A stretch of 64,000 bases of DNA, taken from the NCBI GenBank assembly GCA_051362555.1, contig CM120645.1, positions 11,966,001-12,030,000 of the forward strand. Reading direction: 5' to 3'. Below, piece by piece: positions 37,015 through 49,200 of this stretch (positions within the stretch are counted from its first letter, which is position 1; every line of letters starts with the position of its first letter). A program made the position numbers and the translations under genes. The DNA comes from Lingula anatina. Its lineage: Eukaryota; Animalia; Brachiopoda. The notes below the pieces were generated by a model. The model saw only the letters and a list, made by a program, of their open reading frames with translations, had not been told where the DNA came from and did not search any database.

Positions 37015-37290
37015 ATGGCTCTTTTTTTTGTCGGACATATCTAGCCTGTCGGATACATCTGGCTCTTTTTGTCGGACATATCTGGCCTGTCGGACACATC
37101 TGGCTCTTTTTGTCGGACACATCTGGCCTGTCGGACATATCTGGCTCTTTTTTGTCGGACACATCTGGCCTGTCGGACACATCTGGCTCTTTTTGTCGGA
37201 CATATCTGGCCTGTCGGACACATCTGGCTCTTTTTGTCGGACATATCTGGCCTGTTCTCTTGTCGTAGGACATATCTGGCCTGTCGGACC
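37015..37290. repeat. Higher-order minisatellite (alternating ~18-nt and ~24-25-nt monomers sharing tgtcggacayatctggc)
   Basis: About 5.5 dimer units of tgtcggacatatctggcc-tgtcggacacatctggctctttt(t)n, absent from unit 1. It explains several spurious ORFs. Confidence 0.9.
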
Positions 37291-38068
37291 TATTGGGTGG
37301 TCATAACCGCTGAACCATGGAATTGTATTGTTTGTCTTTTTGTGAAATGTGATATTAATAAAATGATACCAGGAGAATATCATTCCACAGTCATCTATCT
37401 CTCCCAAAGTATTTGTTCAGTAGGGGTGACACTTTTATTGTCCAGTGTGTGTACATGTAAAAATGGCATTTTCAATGCTATTACACAACTACTCGATGAT
37501 ACTACAACTGAAAATAGGCCTACTCCCCTACAAAAGAAGTGTTACTCCTTACAATAACAATTATAAAAGATTTAATTTTGCTATGGCATAACAATGCGAT
37601 TGCCTATCGTCGTATAAATTGGGGATATGAGCGGTAGAAAATTGACCCACCAAGCATAACCACAGAAATACCCCAACATCGATTAAATTTTAACATGCGG
37701 CTCTTAAGCGAGATGGAAACATTCATTTACCTAGCGGTTGACATAGGAGGTACTTTTGACCGGCCGAATTTCCAGAGGGTTAATTTGTTCCATGAGAACC
37801 ATTCAGAAGGTTTATCATCATTATAAACATCCAAGCACATGGGCAAGATTGCCTGGGTAAGGCCGACCGAAGGAACCACATCCAGAGCAAAGAGGGTGTT
37901 GACACGCCTTCCTGGTTAAAAAAAAAGTTTCATGACATTTATAACGTGTTAGGAACTTGGTTTTAACATTTAACCAGAAGAGGGCAAACCATGTCTCTCA
38001 GTTAACCGTCAGATGACCGCTGTATAGTTGTTGTTAGGAGACCAGTGATCACAGCCAGGTGAAGTGTG

Positions 38069-38130
<62 letters not shown>

Positions 38131-38977
38131 AACATAAACACATGGAGGTCATTTTTTACGACAAGGGCTCAGTAAAACATGCAAGTTAGATCTACTTGTA
38201 CTCTCATTCTTAATGAGATAGAAGTCGTTCGCATGAAAAAGAAACGGCAATGACACGTATAAAATATTCTTCCTTTAAGAATAATAATGTGGAGGAAACA
38301 TAACGCAGTAAGACTGAAAAATATCCTGACCAGTAGCTCATTACTTTGAGTTTAATTTGAATGATATGTGGCTTGCATGTGACAGATAATAGCTGAGCGA
38401 ATTCCAATCTAGATGTGTATACATGCGTTTGAATTGTATGAGTTTATACATTGTGTTTGTATGTGTGTATGGGGGAGGGCTTAGCAATAAAATAATTTCC
38501 TTTTTTGGGAGATAAAGTGTCCAAATACAAATATGGAAAGGGGGTCAGATCACTTAGCATCGCAAAAATTACAATACATAAAAAATTCCAATAATACTGA
38601 GAGACAGTAATGCTACACTGGGACTTTAAATGGAAATAACGCTTTAAACGGACGTTTTCCATTTATTTGTTTGAACTTTTTTATTTTCAACGCATGAAAT
38701 ATTTTTGTTGCAAGTGATAGCCGTAAACAAAAAAACATGTTAGCGTCACATACAAGGCGAAATAAAAGGTTTTCTGTGTACCTCTTTGATTATGGAGGAT
38801 GTTATTTATGTAACGTTGCATCTTGTAATAAGGCATGGAACCACTGGAATAAATACACAGAGAACCAGGCCCTTTTTGCTGTGCTGCAATAACAAAATAG
38901 GTGAAGCAAATGCCGTTTAACATAATGTATTCATTCTCTGACTCTATAGCTGTTTTAATCTTTTCCAGAAAGTATCA

Positions 38978-41216
38978 ATGGACGAAAGCCTTGAGAAGGA
39001 ATTCGCCACCAGTACCACTGCACATGGCTTTGCCAGGGCAGCGGCGTCTAAAAGCATCTCTAGAAGGATCGCCTGGGTGGTGTTCATTTTAGCAGGATTG
39101 GGGATGGCCACGTGGATGATCACTCTGCGCTTTATCAACTACTTTAACTACTCCACATCCACGGAGATAAAAATCACCTTTGAACCTACGCTGGCGTTCC
39201 CGGCAGTTACCATATGTAACTTCAACAGGTCTGTGTTCGTATATTACATAACCCCCACAAAGTTTTACATCAAAATAGATTTAACTTTGATTTTTAAGGC
39301 AGATGCAGTGTTGTAGTTACAAATCTTGCATTTTTACCATTATGTTAAAGTCATTGGCAACTAAAATAATGTTAAGACAAGAGACATCTGTTGATTGAGT
39401 AAGGGATCTTTTTTATCCAGGTGGTTGTAATTCACGTTTTGGAGATAATAATAATAATAATAATAATAAAAATAATAATAATAATGATAATAATAATAAC
39501 TCGTTTCTTTACATGCGGCACAACGCTTTACCGTATATTAAAACTAAAACAGGTAAATTAAACACTAATATAAAACCTCTTAAAAGTAACGAATACCAAA
39601 AATAAAACATACTAAAACTAAAATATTCTTTAAATAAAAATGACTTTAAATTCCATTTTTAAACCAGTGATAAGAGTCATTCAAAGCCAAATTTAATTTG
39701 TTAATACAATTCGACCATAAAACTGATGCGACCATGTTTTAAGAGTGTTTTTGTACCATTTCGCTTTAGATGAAATTGACCACTGGATGGAAAAATTCTA
39801 TTTGGAATAAAATATTTTTAATATTGTTGAGGCACAATGACCCAGTCAACACAAATATCTTTCCATATGTGTGACGGTATGACCTTACTTGTAATCATGT
39901 TTCAATCAAAAGGTACATGAAGAAATTCCTGACAACAAACGACTATTACGTCATACAAGCGGCAAGTGCGTCGTCAGATTACTACGAATACTATGACAAC
40001 TATAACTATGGATCGTCGAGTTATTCCGGACCTTCGGGCTCTACCGGGTCATCGGGCTATTCTAGCAATTCGGACTCAACCGGATCGTCCGGCTATCCTA
40101 GCAGTTCGGGCTCTTCCGGATCTTCGGGCTATCCTGGACCTTCGGGATACGCTGGCTCTACGGACTCTACCGGATCTACGGGCGCTTCTGGGTCATACCG
40201 TTCTACTGGCAGCTACGGCTCCTCTGGTCAGTCCAGAAATGCTGCTTCCTCTAGATCAGCTGCTTCTGACGCTGTTGCTGATTTAGTAGATGGAATGTGG
40301 GCGAATATATCAGAACTGTATCCAAACGGATTCGACTTTGGGAACTTCAGCATGGAAAAGGGTTGGCAATTGACCAATGAAACTGTATTGAAGTGTGAGT
40401 TCAAGGGATGGTCGTGTGACCTTGACAAGGATTTCCAACATGTCTTCTCTTCCTATGGGAACTGTTATACCTTCAACGGCGAACTCCATGCGAGGAGATC
40501 GAGATATCAAGACCAACCGGGGCTTGGTAACGGCCTGCACTTGGTTCTCAATGTAGAACAGGTAGGAATCTTTGTGCGATTTATACAACTCATTCATCGA
40601 TCACTTGGACTCCGTAACTCGAAAGCATCGCGAATTGCTATTGCGATATCAACTTTCATTTCGAAACTTTTATATAGGGTGAGTAAATCCTGAGTTATGG
40701 AATAGAGACGCTTGTGCTCGGTTGCAATTGGCGATGGTTTCGAGCGAGATACGGAGCCCTGGGCCCCGTATCTCGAGAGCATCGCGTATTGCGAATCGCT
40801 ATATCAAATAGAGGCTACAATGTATTATATAGGACGAGTATGGGCGAGTTATGGAATCGAGACGCTTGCGCACGTGCGCAACATAGCGAACCTTTCGAGA
40901 TACGGAGCTCAGGACAGCATCGTATGCGTCCTGCACGTTCGACAAGATTCGTTTCATGGCAAAATATCATAGTGATCGTTCCTTGACTAAGCATTACTTG
41001 CGAGTTGCCTAAAGGAGCGCTACTTATAACTCATGTTTGTCTGGAGTGTGTCAACAATTCCAAACTAAGGTTTATTGTGTGTTTGCTACATGTTTTCAAC
41101 TGCCATTCAATGTTTCATATGATTTTGCTACTGAATATTCCAACACTAAACATTACTAAATCATTAGGATGCTCTTCCAAAGTGATTTTAAAGCGTTGCA
41201 AAAGTTGTCATAAATT

Positions 41217-41252
<36 letters not shown>

Positions 41253-42296
41253 CTTGGAATGCTTTTTTTAGTAGTAACGTTAATATAAACTGTTTAAGTA
41301 ACGTGTGCATAACTTATTTTCAATGCTGCTTTTTTCCCTTTAAATAAAAAGAACGAATATTTGGACGATGTTCCCGACGAAACGGAACAAATCGGGATTG
41401 TATTCCAAGTCCATTCCCAGTATGAACCACCACTGATGGAGACAAGAGGTTTGGGGGTTTCCCCGGGATTTCACGCTTTTGCCGGGTTGAAACGATTGCA
41501 GGTAAGGTGATGCTTTATCAAAATTGTAGCAGGAAAAATTATTGATATTCTAACATTAAATAATATGTCTATACAGCACAAAGCAACGGAGGCGATGGGT
41601 AAATATAATGGTAACAGTTATAATAATGGTAATGATGATATTAGCAACATTTATTAAAACAGGGTGGGGGTAATTAAACAGTGACACATGATATGCAGTG
41701 CATGAAAACTTGTAAGTTATATCAAACGTGACGTAATGGTTATTTAGATTTAATAGTCAGCTCCTTACAGTGTATTTTTCTATTATTCATGGACCTCAAT
41801 TACCTTGAGTTGAAATTTTCTTTTATACTGTTTGAAATGGTAAAATATATGAAATATGGTAATTGAACGATATGAATGAACGAGCTTTCATACCTTTAAC
41901 ATTTTAATGTGTATAAATTATTCAAAAAATTAAAATGTGGTGTAGATATTAACATACTATTTCAGAAATAACTAGGAATTTTACGAGGAATTATTGAAAA
42001 TAGTTTTTAAATGATTGCCATTTTCAAATCCTTACAGACCGTCAATATAGAGCCGCCGTGGGGGAAGTGTAACAGATCTCTGCGTCTGGATCATTACCCC
42101 CAGTACACGTTCTCCGGGTGTATCATTGAATGTAAACTTCAGAAGGCTGTGGAAAAGTGCGGCTGCAAACCTTTAGAATACCCAGGTAGGCCTCTACTCG
42201 CTCTTAAAAAAATATATATTTCGGTTTATGCTTAGTTAAGAGTGCATAATAGGTCGTTTAGCCAATTACGTGAATTAACTCTGCAGTAATAGTGCA

Positions 42297-42328
<32 letters not shown>

Positions 42329-44656
42329 GTAAACGGTAATAGATCGGGGGAGTAATGAAAGTCCCTTAAATCTTTAATGAGGTAAGCGACCTTTCATTTT
42401 CTTTGTAAGCACAACTTAGACCAAAAGTCGCAGCAGTATACAGTACATACTGTATGTAGATCTTCTGATAGATACACACATCATTTTCTTTGTAAGCACA
42501 ACTTAGACCAAAAGTCGCAGCAGTATACAGTACATACTGTATGTAGATCTTCTGATAGATACACACAATGGTCGTTCTATGAATAGTAAGCCACGTTCGG
42601 ACATCTTTAAGTCGATAATATAAAGGCCCGTTTAAACGGGATTTAAGTTGGTTTTGTGTTCAAACGAACAGGCGAAGAAAGCAGAGACCGGCCGGAACTT
42701 AGGAGAATACCCACAAGTTCGTGACCGTCGTCTTGGTCATGGAATGGTCGTAGCCAGTTATAGGTGCATCACTTGTTGCTCTTTCCTGTGCTAACACGTA
42801 CATCTTCTTCGTGTGAATACTTTAGATTTGAAAACACGGTTTGGATCTTTTTCTTGGCGGCCATCATAACGGTAAACTTTCAATAGTTTTCAAAAGTTTG
42901 AAGCACCAGTTAAACATAAAACTTTATACATTTACATGTTGTCCCATCTGGTTCGCAACTCGATATGGTTATTGCTGTTGGTTATTTCAGGTCCCTATCC
43001 TGTGTGCAGCCCGCGGGAAATTCAAGAATGTGTACAAGAAGAAATGCGTGAGTTTATTTATTAAGTTATACGATATTTCGTAAGAGTTTGCTTATCATAT
43101 TAAAAACATTTAACTTGAATTGTTTTATTGATCACTGGGAGCATCAACAAAATATGCTATGAAAGTTTATGATAATTGTATAACAGTAATCAGGAATGTG
43201 GGTAAAGGCCAAGTAGTTACCTTGACGAGATTTCACCTGATTTGACGTGGCTATTATCACTTTTAATGCAGTGGAATATATTATGGTGTCATTTTAGATG
43301 GAGGTCATGCGAATTCTAACAACGTCATTAGGATTAGTTGTCTTTGAAAATCATTTTGCAGAGTAACATGGCTGAAATAACAGAATCGCTCCGAGACAAA
43401 AAGAAAAAAACGCTCTTCTATACCAGTAATTATCTCTAAATCAGCTGCCACATACACGTTACCTTTACAGCTTCTCCGCTCTCGTATTCTTTTTGCTTCC
43501 TCACTTTCCTAGAGAGTTACCCGCAAGTCCACATCGGGTTGATACCTTAATGCAAATATATACAGTATGTATACGGTATTTTGCAGGTATCATAAACCAG
43601 GACTTTTCGAAGCATTGTTCTGGGTGCACTGTGCCGTGTAACAGTACCAACTACAACATACAGCTGTCTTACGTGGCCCTACGGAATGCTACAATGCACC
43701 ACAAGTATGGGCAGCATATTATTCCATCAGGGTATAGCGGAGACTACGTACAGTATGTATCCAGTTTATTCATTTTTCTGTCGTTTTATTCTTTTTTTTC
43801 ATATACATACATTTGTTTTATATCTTTTTTGTATCTAAGTACGTACGTATATTTGTGATTGCTTGCTTGTGTGTGTAGTGCTAGTGTGTGTGTGTGGTTT
43901 TGTCTTTGAATGAATTTGCTGCAAAGAAAACGGATACATTTAAAGAATTATAAATATCCTACAAACAGCCAGGTTTACTGCATTTTATAATCAATATTTT
44001 TTCGGTTATATTCATCTCAATGACTTATGCGCCATAATTTATTATTTCTAAAAGTGTGTGCAGAAATATATGAATAGCGCAGTTACACACTTCAAAGATT
44101 TATTTATGATGAACAAGTAATAAAGATAGTGTCGCAACTAATACATTAATGACTTGCTGCATGAACATGAAGTACAAGCTGGGTCAACAAGCGTGGCTTC
44201 AGAACCATCTGTCAAGCGGTTTCAAACATACTCGACTTTGCATGTTAATTTTTGCCGCTGGCCCTCGGGGAGAAAAACTCATTGACTTAATTGACAGAAA
44301 ATAATTGTCATGGACGGGTTCAAAAGGCAGCTCACATATATTATCCCCAATGTTTTAGAGTTGTGTGGATTGCACGTTTGCGTATCTGCAAACTATGGCA
44401 GTATTGCAGCTGATGATGAACTGCACGGGCGTCAGGTCGTATTGCCTCGTTTTGAGGTACGCGAATAATTATGAAATTCACATAAACTGTTTTATGTTGC
44501 AGGGACAATCTTCTGGCGCTTGATGTATATTACGAAGAACTCAACCTTGAGTCCATGGAACAAAAGAAGGCGGTAGAAGAGTCGGGACTATTGAGTAAGT
44601 TAAAAAAAAAACGGTGCTATCATTTTTGGGGATATTTCACTTGTAACCAGTATATA

Positions 44657-44698
<42 letters not shown>

Positions 44699-45069
44699 TG
44701 ATAATTAAGTTACACGTGAAGTTAAATTTAATATTTCGTCTTTAAGTTGCATTACTAGATTACAAGACATCTTTTAGTTCTCTTGATGCGATAGCTGTTA
44801 ATGTTACATAAATGAATGAAAATGACTGTTTTCCATTAGAAATCAAGACTACACATCTTGTTATTCGATATCCTTGTCTTTTGTTTTAAATAGTAAGTAC
44901 CCAAAGAAATATGTAAAGCTCTTTGTGTTTACTTTCAGGTGATATCGGAGGCCAACTGGGGCTATTCATGGGGTTTAGTGCACTAACATTTATAGAGTTT
45001 TTCGAGTATATCATTCTCAAATTTCGCAGACTGACACGCAGAAGAAAGCTCATTGAGCCTATAGTTTGA
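38978..45069 (+). CDS. DEG/ENaC (ASIC-like) channel subunit, copy 2 (547 aa)
   Basis: Exons 38978-39228, 39913-40561, 41352-41501, 42038-42185, 42991-43047, 43587-43752, 44503-44594, 44939-45069 (1644 nt, in frame). Same motifs as copy 1; ends RRRKLIEPIV*. Confidence 0.93.
41217..41252 (+). repeat. Poly-G tract (about 36 G) in ENaC copy 2 intron 2
   Basis: Homopolymer run. A shorter homolog lies at about 25533-25552, and other G runs at about 22939-22958 and 52680-52691. Confidence 0.9.
42394..42567. repeat. Perfect 87-bp tandem duplication in ENaC copy 2 intron 4
   Basis: tcattttctttgtaagcacaac...gatagatacacaca occurs twice. Unit 1 has a single diverged copy. Confidence 0.9.
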
Positions 45070-46220
45070 GGAGGGGTGTAAAGGAACTCAAAATGTTTGG
45101 TACCACACATAGGCTATTGATATAATATAATTAAAATTTACTTGTTGACTTAACAGCTGCAAAACTCATTGATTACAAAGAGTATAAATCGTCAAGATGT
45201 GTGGGGTATGATATAATAGCCTATAGCTTGCTGCACAGACATGAGTCAAATTTGAAGGTTTCTTCGCCATTTAAAAAATAAACTTTGATCCATACTACAT
45301 ACATGTACCTCAGCATCAATTCGGACAATAAAACATACGCCTGCATGTAATTCCTACAGGGAAAAATTATAACTCTCCTGCACAGAAATATATTTTAATA
45401 CAACATTTGGCGATTGGATAAGCATTAACTCCCATGTGGGCAAAAATATGCATTTTATGAAACAAACGCAATGAAACTGTGATATAGATTTTGAATTCAC
45501 ATATTTATTGGAAACTCTTGGAAACTTCGATCTTGAATATTTCGATTGTATATAATTCAAACGTTAGGTGAATTGCAAACTAAGAGGTATGTTATTCAAT
45601 ACATCGGTGTACACATCAAAGTATTTGTATATGTTGACCATATGTACACAAGTGCACAGAAATTATTTTACGAATATATCCACACGTATACATGTACGTT
45701 GATTATATACAGAAGTACTCCGTTCCTGTGATCATGATATTTCTCTGAACTTAAATACTTTTCCTTTTTTATGGTTATGTGCACATATTTTCTACTGTCA
45801 GCAAAGTGGTCTTGCGTAAATCAAGATAATTTATTATATTATTTACTATGTGACCTGTAAGATTGTGTTCGTGAAGTATGTGGACTCAACGACAATTCAA
45901 AATAAGTTTGCAATTACATCTTACTCTTGATTAGAAAATAAAAAAAATATTTGCTTTTTTTACACCAGGCGGTAATGGTATTCAGCTGACACAGCGCTTT
46001 GGAATACAAATTTTCTAATTGCGGTTAAAGATTTTTAATTAATATATATGCGGCTATTGGGTTTACATGTTCGACAGTACGCGTGTTGTCTCCAAAGTCA
46101 GGTGATGAAGCGACCGGCCAATGGACACGGCTGACTAAATGAACACAATTACAAAAGGCAGCCAATAGTCACCATCCTCGATCTTTCTAATGGGTATGCG
46201 TTTATTTTAAATCCCACTGG

Positions 46221-49200
46221 TTAGACGACTTCGTCTGCTGTTTCCTTTTTATTTCTTGCGTTGTGTTGGTTTTCCTATATATAATGAAATGTTAGAATAT
46301 AATATAATTAATTTGATCATTTCAATATCTTGTAAGGTTCTTAAAATGGTCACTTACAACGGCTGTTAGATATGCTTAATATAATGTTTGTTAAAGAGAA
46401 TTAATGCATGTGTAACTCACCGTACGTTTTGTAAACACCTTCCTCACGTCATATATCCTAAAATGGAAACAAACAGCTTTTATACGTAGGTAAATACAGA
46501 ACGTTCATCCGTTTGAAGGTGTGACACAACAGAAAACACTTAGCAACATGACGCAGACAAATAGACTGATAAGCAAAATGCAACTTAATATGAGATGTTC
46601 AAAATCAAAATGCAACGTTATGTGAGCTTTTCAATTATTTTCTACCCAATTCTATGTGACAGACATTTCATGCTATTGAATAACGTACCCCTTCAATAGA
46701 CTTTTCCTTCGGATATGTAGTGCAATTGCAACAGCTATGATAATTATAACCACAACGGCAACACAGGCTATGATAATACCAATGATACTGAACGGCTTGT
46801 CCTCCACCAATGGTTTGCTTTTGTGGGTCGTTAGTTCAGTTGTTGTATCCACTGCAGTAGTTTCGGATTCAGTGGTTGCCTCTGTACTTGTCACAGGATC
46901 GGCGGGAGGAAACGGATTAACGTAGACAAAAGAGACCGACACGACATTTGACACTTGTCCTGATTGGTTTCTGTCGTCCGTCGCCACTAACGCAATGAAA
47001 TATGTGACGTTGTGATCAACAGTTTGGTTGAATTGGACAATGAAAGTCTCAGCTCCGCCTGCCGCCAAGGGAGAGTCGAGTTTCCCTTGAAGGAGATCGC
47101 CATCAAGAAATTTATTCGATTCCATAAAGTTATTCCGGATATCCGATATTGAAGTGCTGTATCTGATGTCGTAGCTCGATGCTGTAATGATATAAGTATT
47201 TAGAAAGATAGTTATTGGAAGTATGTTTTATGCGAACTTATCCATATGGCAAGCTTAAACCTGGCATTGCATTATTTGTATTTGGTAGGTTTTGCGTAGT
47301 CAGCCGATCAACAGTGATTTAACTTTTTACAGGTACCGGTCTCATTAAGACAGGTCGACCTTACTTCTTTGGATGCGCGTCTAACGCAAAGTTCCCTATG
47401 GTCTATTATTTTTATTCAAACAATGTACTTACCATTGCCCTGATCTAGATCATCACCGGTCGCTGTCCAGGACAGTGTCACTGTTTTATCATCAGTATTA
47501 ACTGCTTCCATTGCCAGGTCGTAGATTCTGCCAGGAGGGTAGAGATCTGGTGGCTCTGAGCCGGGCGTCGAAATTGGAAGATTTTTGACGGTAAATAGTC
47601 CTCCGGTATCGGAACGCATAAATGGCTCTATTGGTGTGTATGTGATTTCAAAATTTTGGGCGTTTGCTACAGCTGTAAGAGAAAAAAAAAACAGAGTCCA
47701 CAGTTTTGCGGAAAATGATGATGAATCACATCAAAAGTGGTGAAGGCAGATCGTTCTCTCACATTTACACGTATGTGTCGATATCTTAGTGTCACAGACA
47801 TTGCTTCACCAGAGGGAGTGGGGGAAGCAAGGGGGAGGGGGGCGGCACGACGCCAGTTTTCAACCACTGGCGACACTTACGATACCTAGTTAAGTCAATA
47901 TAGGCTAACCAAAAAAAAAACATTTAAACTTTTCTTGTGAGTATTTTTAATCATTAGTTTGTGGTTAAAGAACTCTTACTTATTTCAACACGTGCGTGCC
48001 AATATAAAGCACGTGAAAGCCAGGTGGCTTTTTTGTACAGCTCGAAACGACGCCCAGAGGCAGATTCCAAGAAGAATGGGTATATTTCATCCAAGTCCCC
48101 CTACACAAAAATTTTAATATGAAATGCAAATTTTAATGATTTCCCCTCTCTTGCAGACCAAAACTCTCTGAAACCCCGATAACGCCCCTGATCTTATAAT
48201 ACGACATATTAATACCATGTAACAAAGCTTACATGTGTTGGTAATCATTGGTAAGGCTTTTTGTCCACCAACCACAGACTTAACTGAGGCACCGTCTTCG
48301 CCTTTCACTACAACTCGTACAGAATGCACCACGTTGCCTTCAAATTTAAGGAAATATGCCGAGTAGATTCCATCGTTCTTGGTATTATCCGCACCTTTGT
48401 GAAAAAAAAAAAAAACAAACATGCTAGGCCCACGTTGCATTTTATTTCTCATTTTCTCTCCGGAAGTATATTTATGTGCCTTATTTTCAAATGCAACAAA
48501 AATAATCTTAAAAGACCTGGCGTTTTATAAGTTCCAGCGATATACATTTAATTTAAACTGGTACAACAAAGACTTGAACATTAGGCGTATATTCACCTGC
48601 ACCGTTATCAAGTAGTCGTAATGTCTGGGTACTCCCAGTACTTGCGTCAACATAAGCCACCACAGTGGCGCCAACTACCGGTGTGTAGCCTTGACTAACC
48701 TCTCCGTATATGGCAATGCGAGACAAACTGGGATCTGAAACGAATATTGCAATTGCAATATGGTCAGGAGCTCACTAAACGTTGAGCATGTGTATTATTT
48801 GTTTGCCAACGTGGATATTTGTATAATACATTCTCCAATAGCCCTCTTATTGATAAGTTACAGTACCATGCAAACTGCTAAATAATGTTTGTCATACAAG
48901 ATTTCTACACAATTATGATTGCCTCGGACCCACCGTTTCCTCTTACTGTCCCCTTTACTGGACAGTGGAAATATATGTGTTCTATTTGTTAAATACCAGT
49001 ATAAAAGTCATAGGGGCGAGTTTTTTTCCTGTAAGTCGCCTTGTTTCTGAGATAAATTTTTTGTTGGGCACCTTGCTACTACTAATGGACGTAGGTATAT
49101 AGAATAGTAATTTCAGACATATTCTTTCAAAAGAGACGTCATGACTCAATGAGCTGTTACTGAAAGGGATAATAACTCTTCGTATGAGATCAATATTTCA

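Larger units (their letters stand above)
34687..47569 (+). repeat. Tandem segmental duplication, unit 2
   Basis: Homologous to 18879-34686 and continues seamlessly into the intact CLCA exon 12 at 47570. Confidence 0.9.

Noticed and set aside
36904-37557. Overlapping ORFs of 67-167 aa on both strands
   Set aside because: They are translations of the minisatellite. The repeat units lack unique spacers, so this is not a CRISPR array either.
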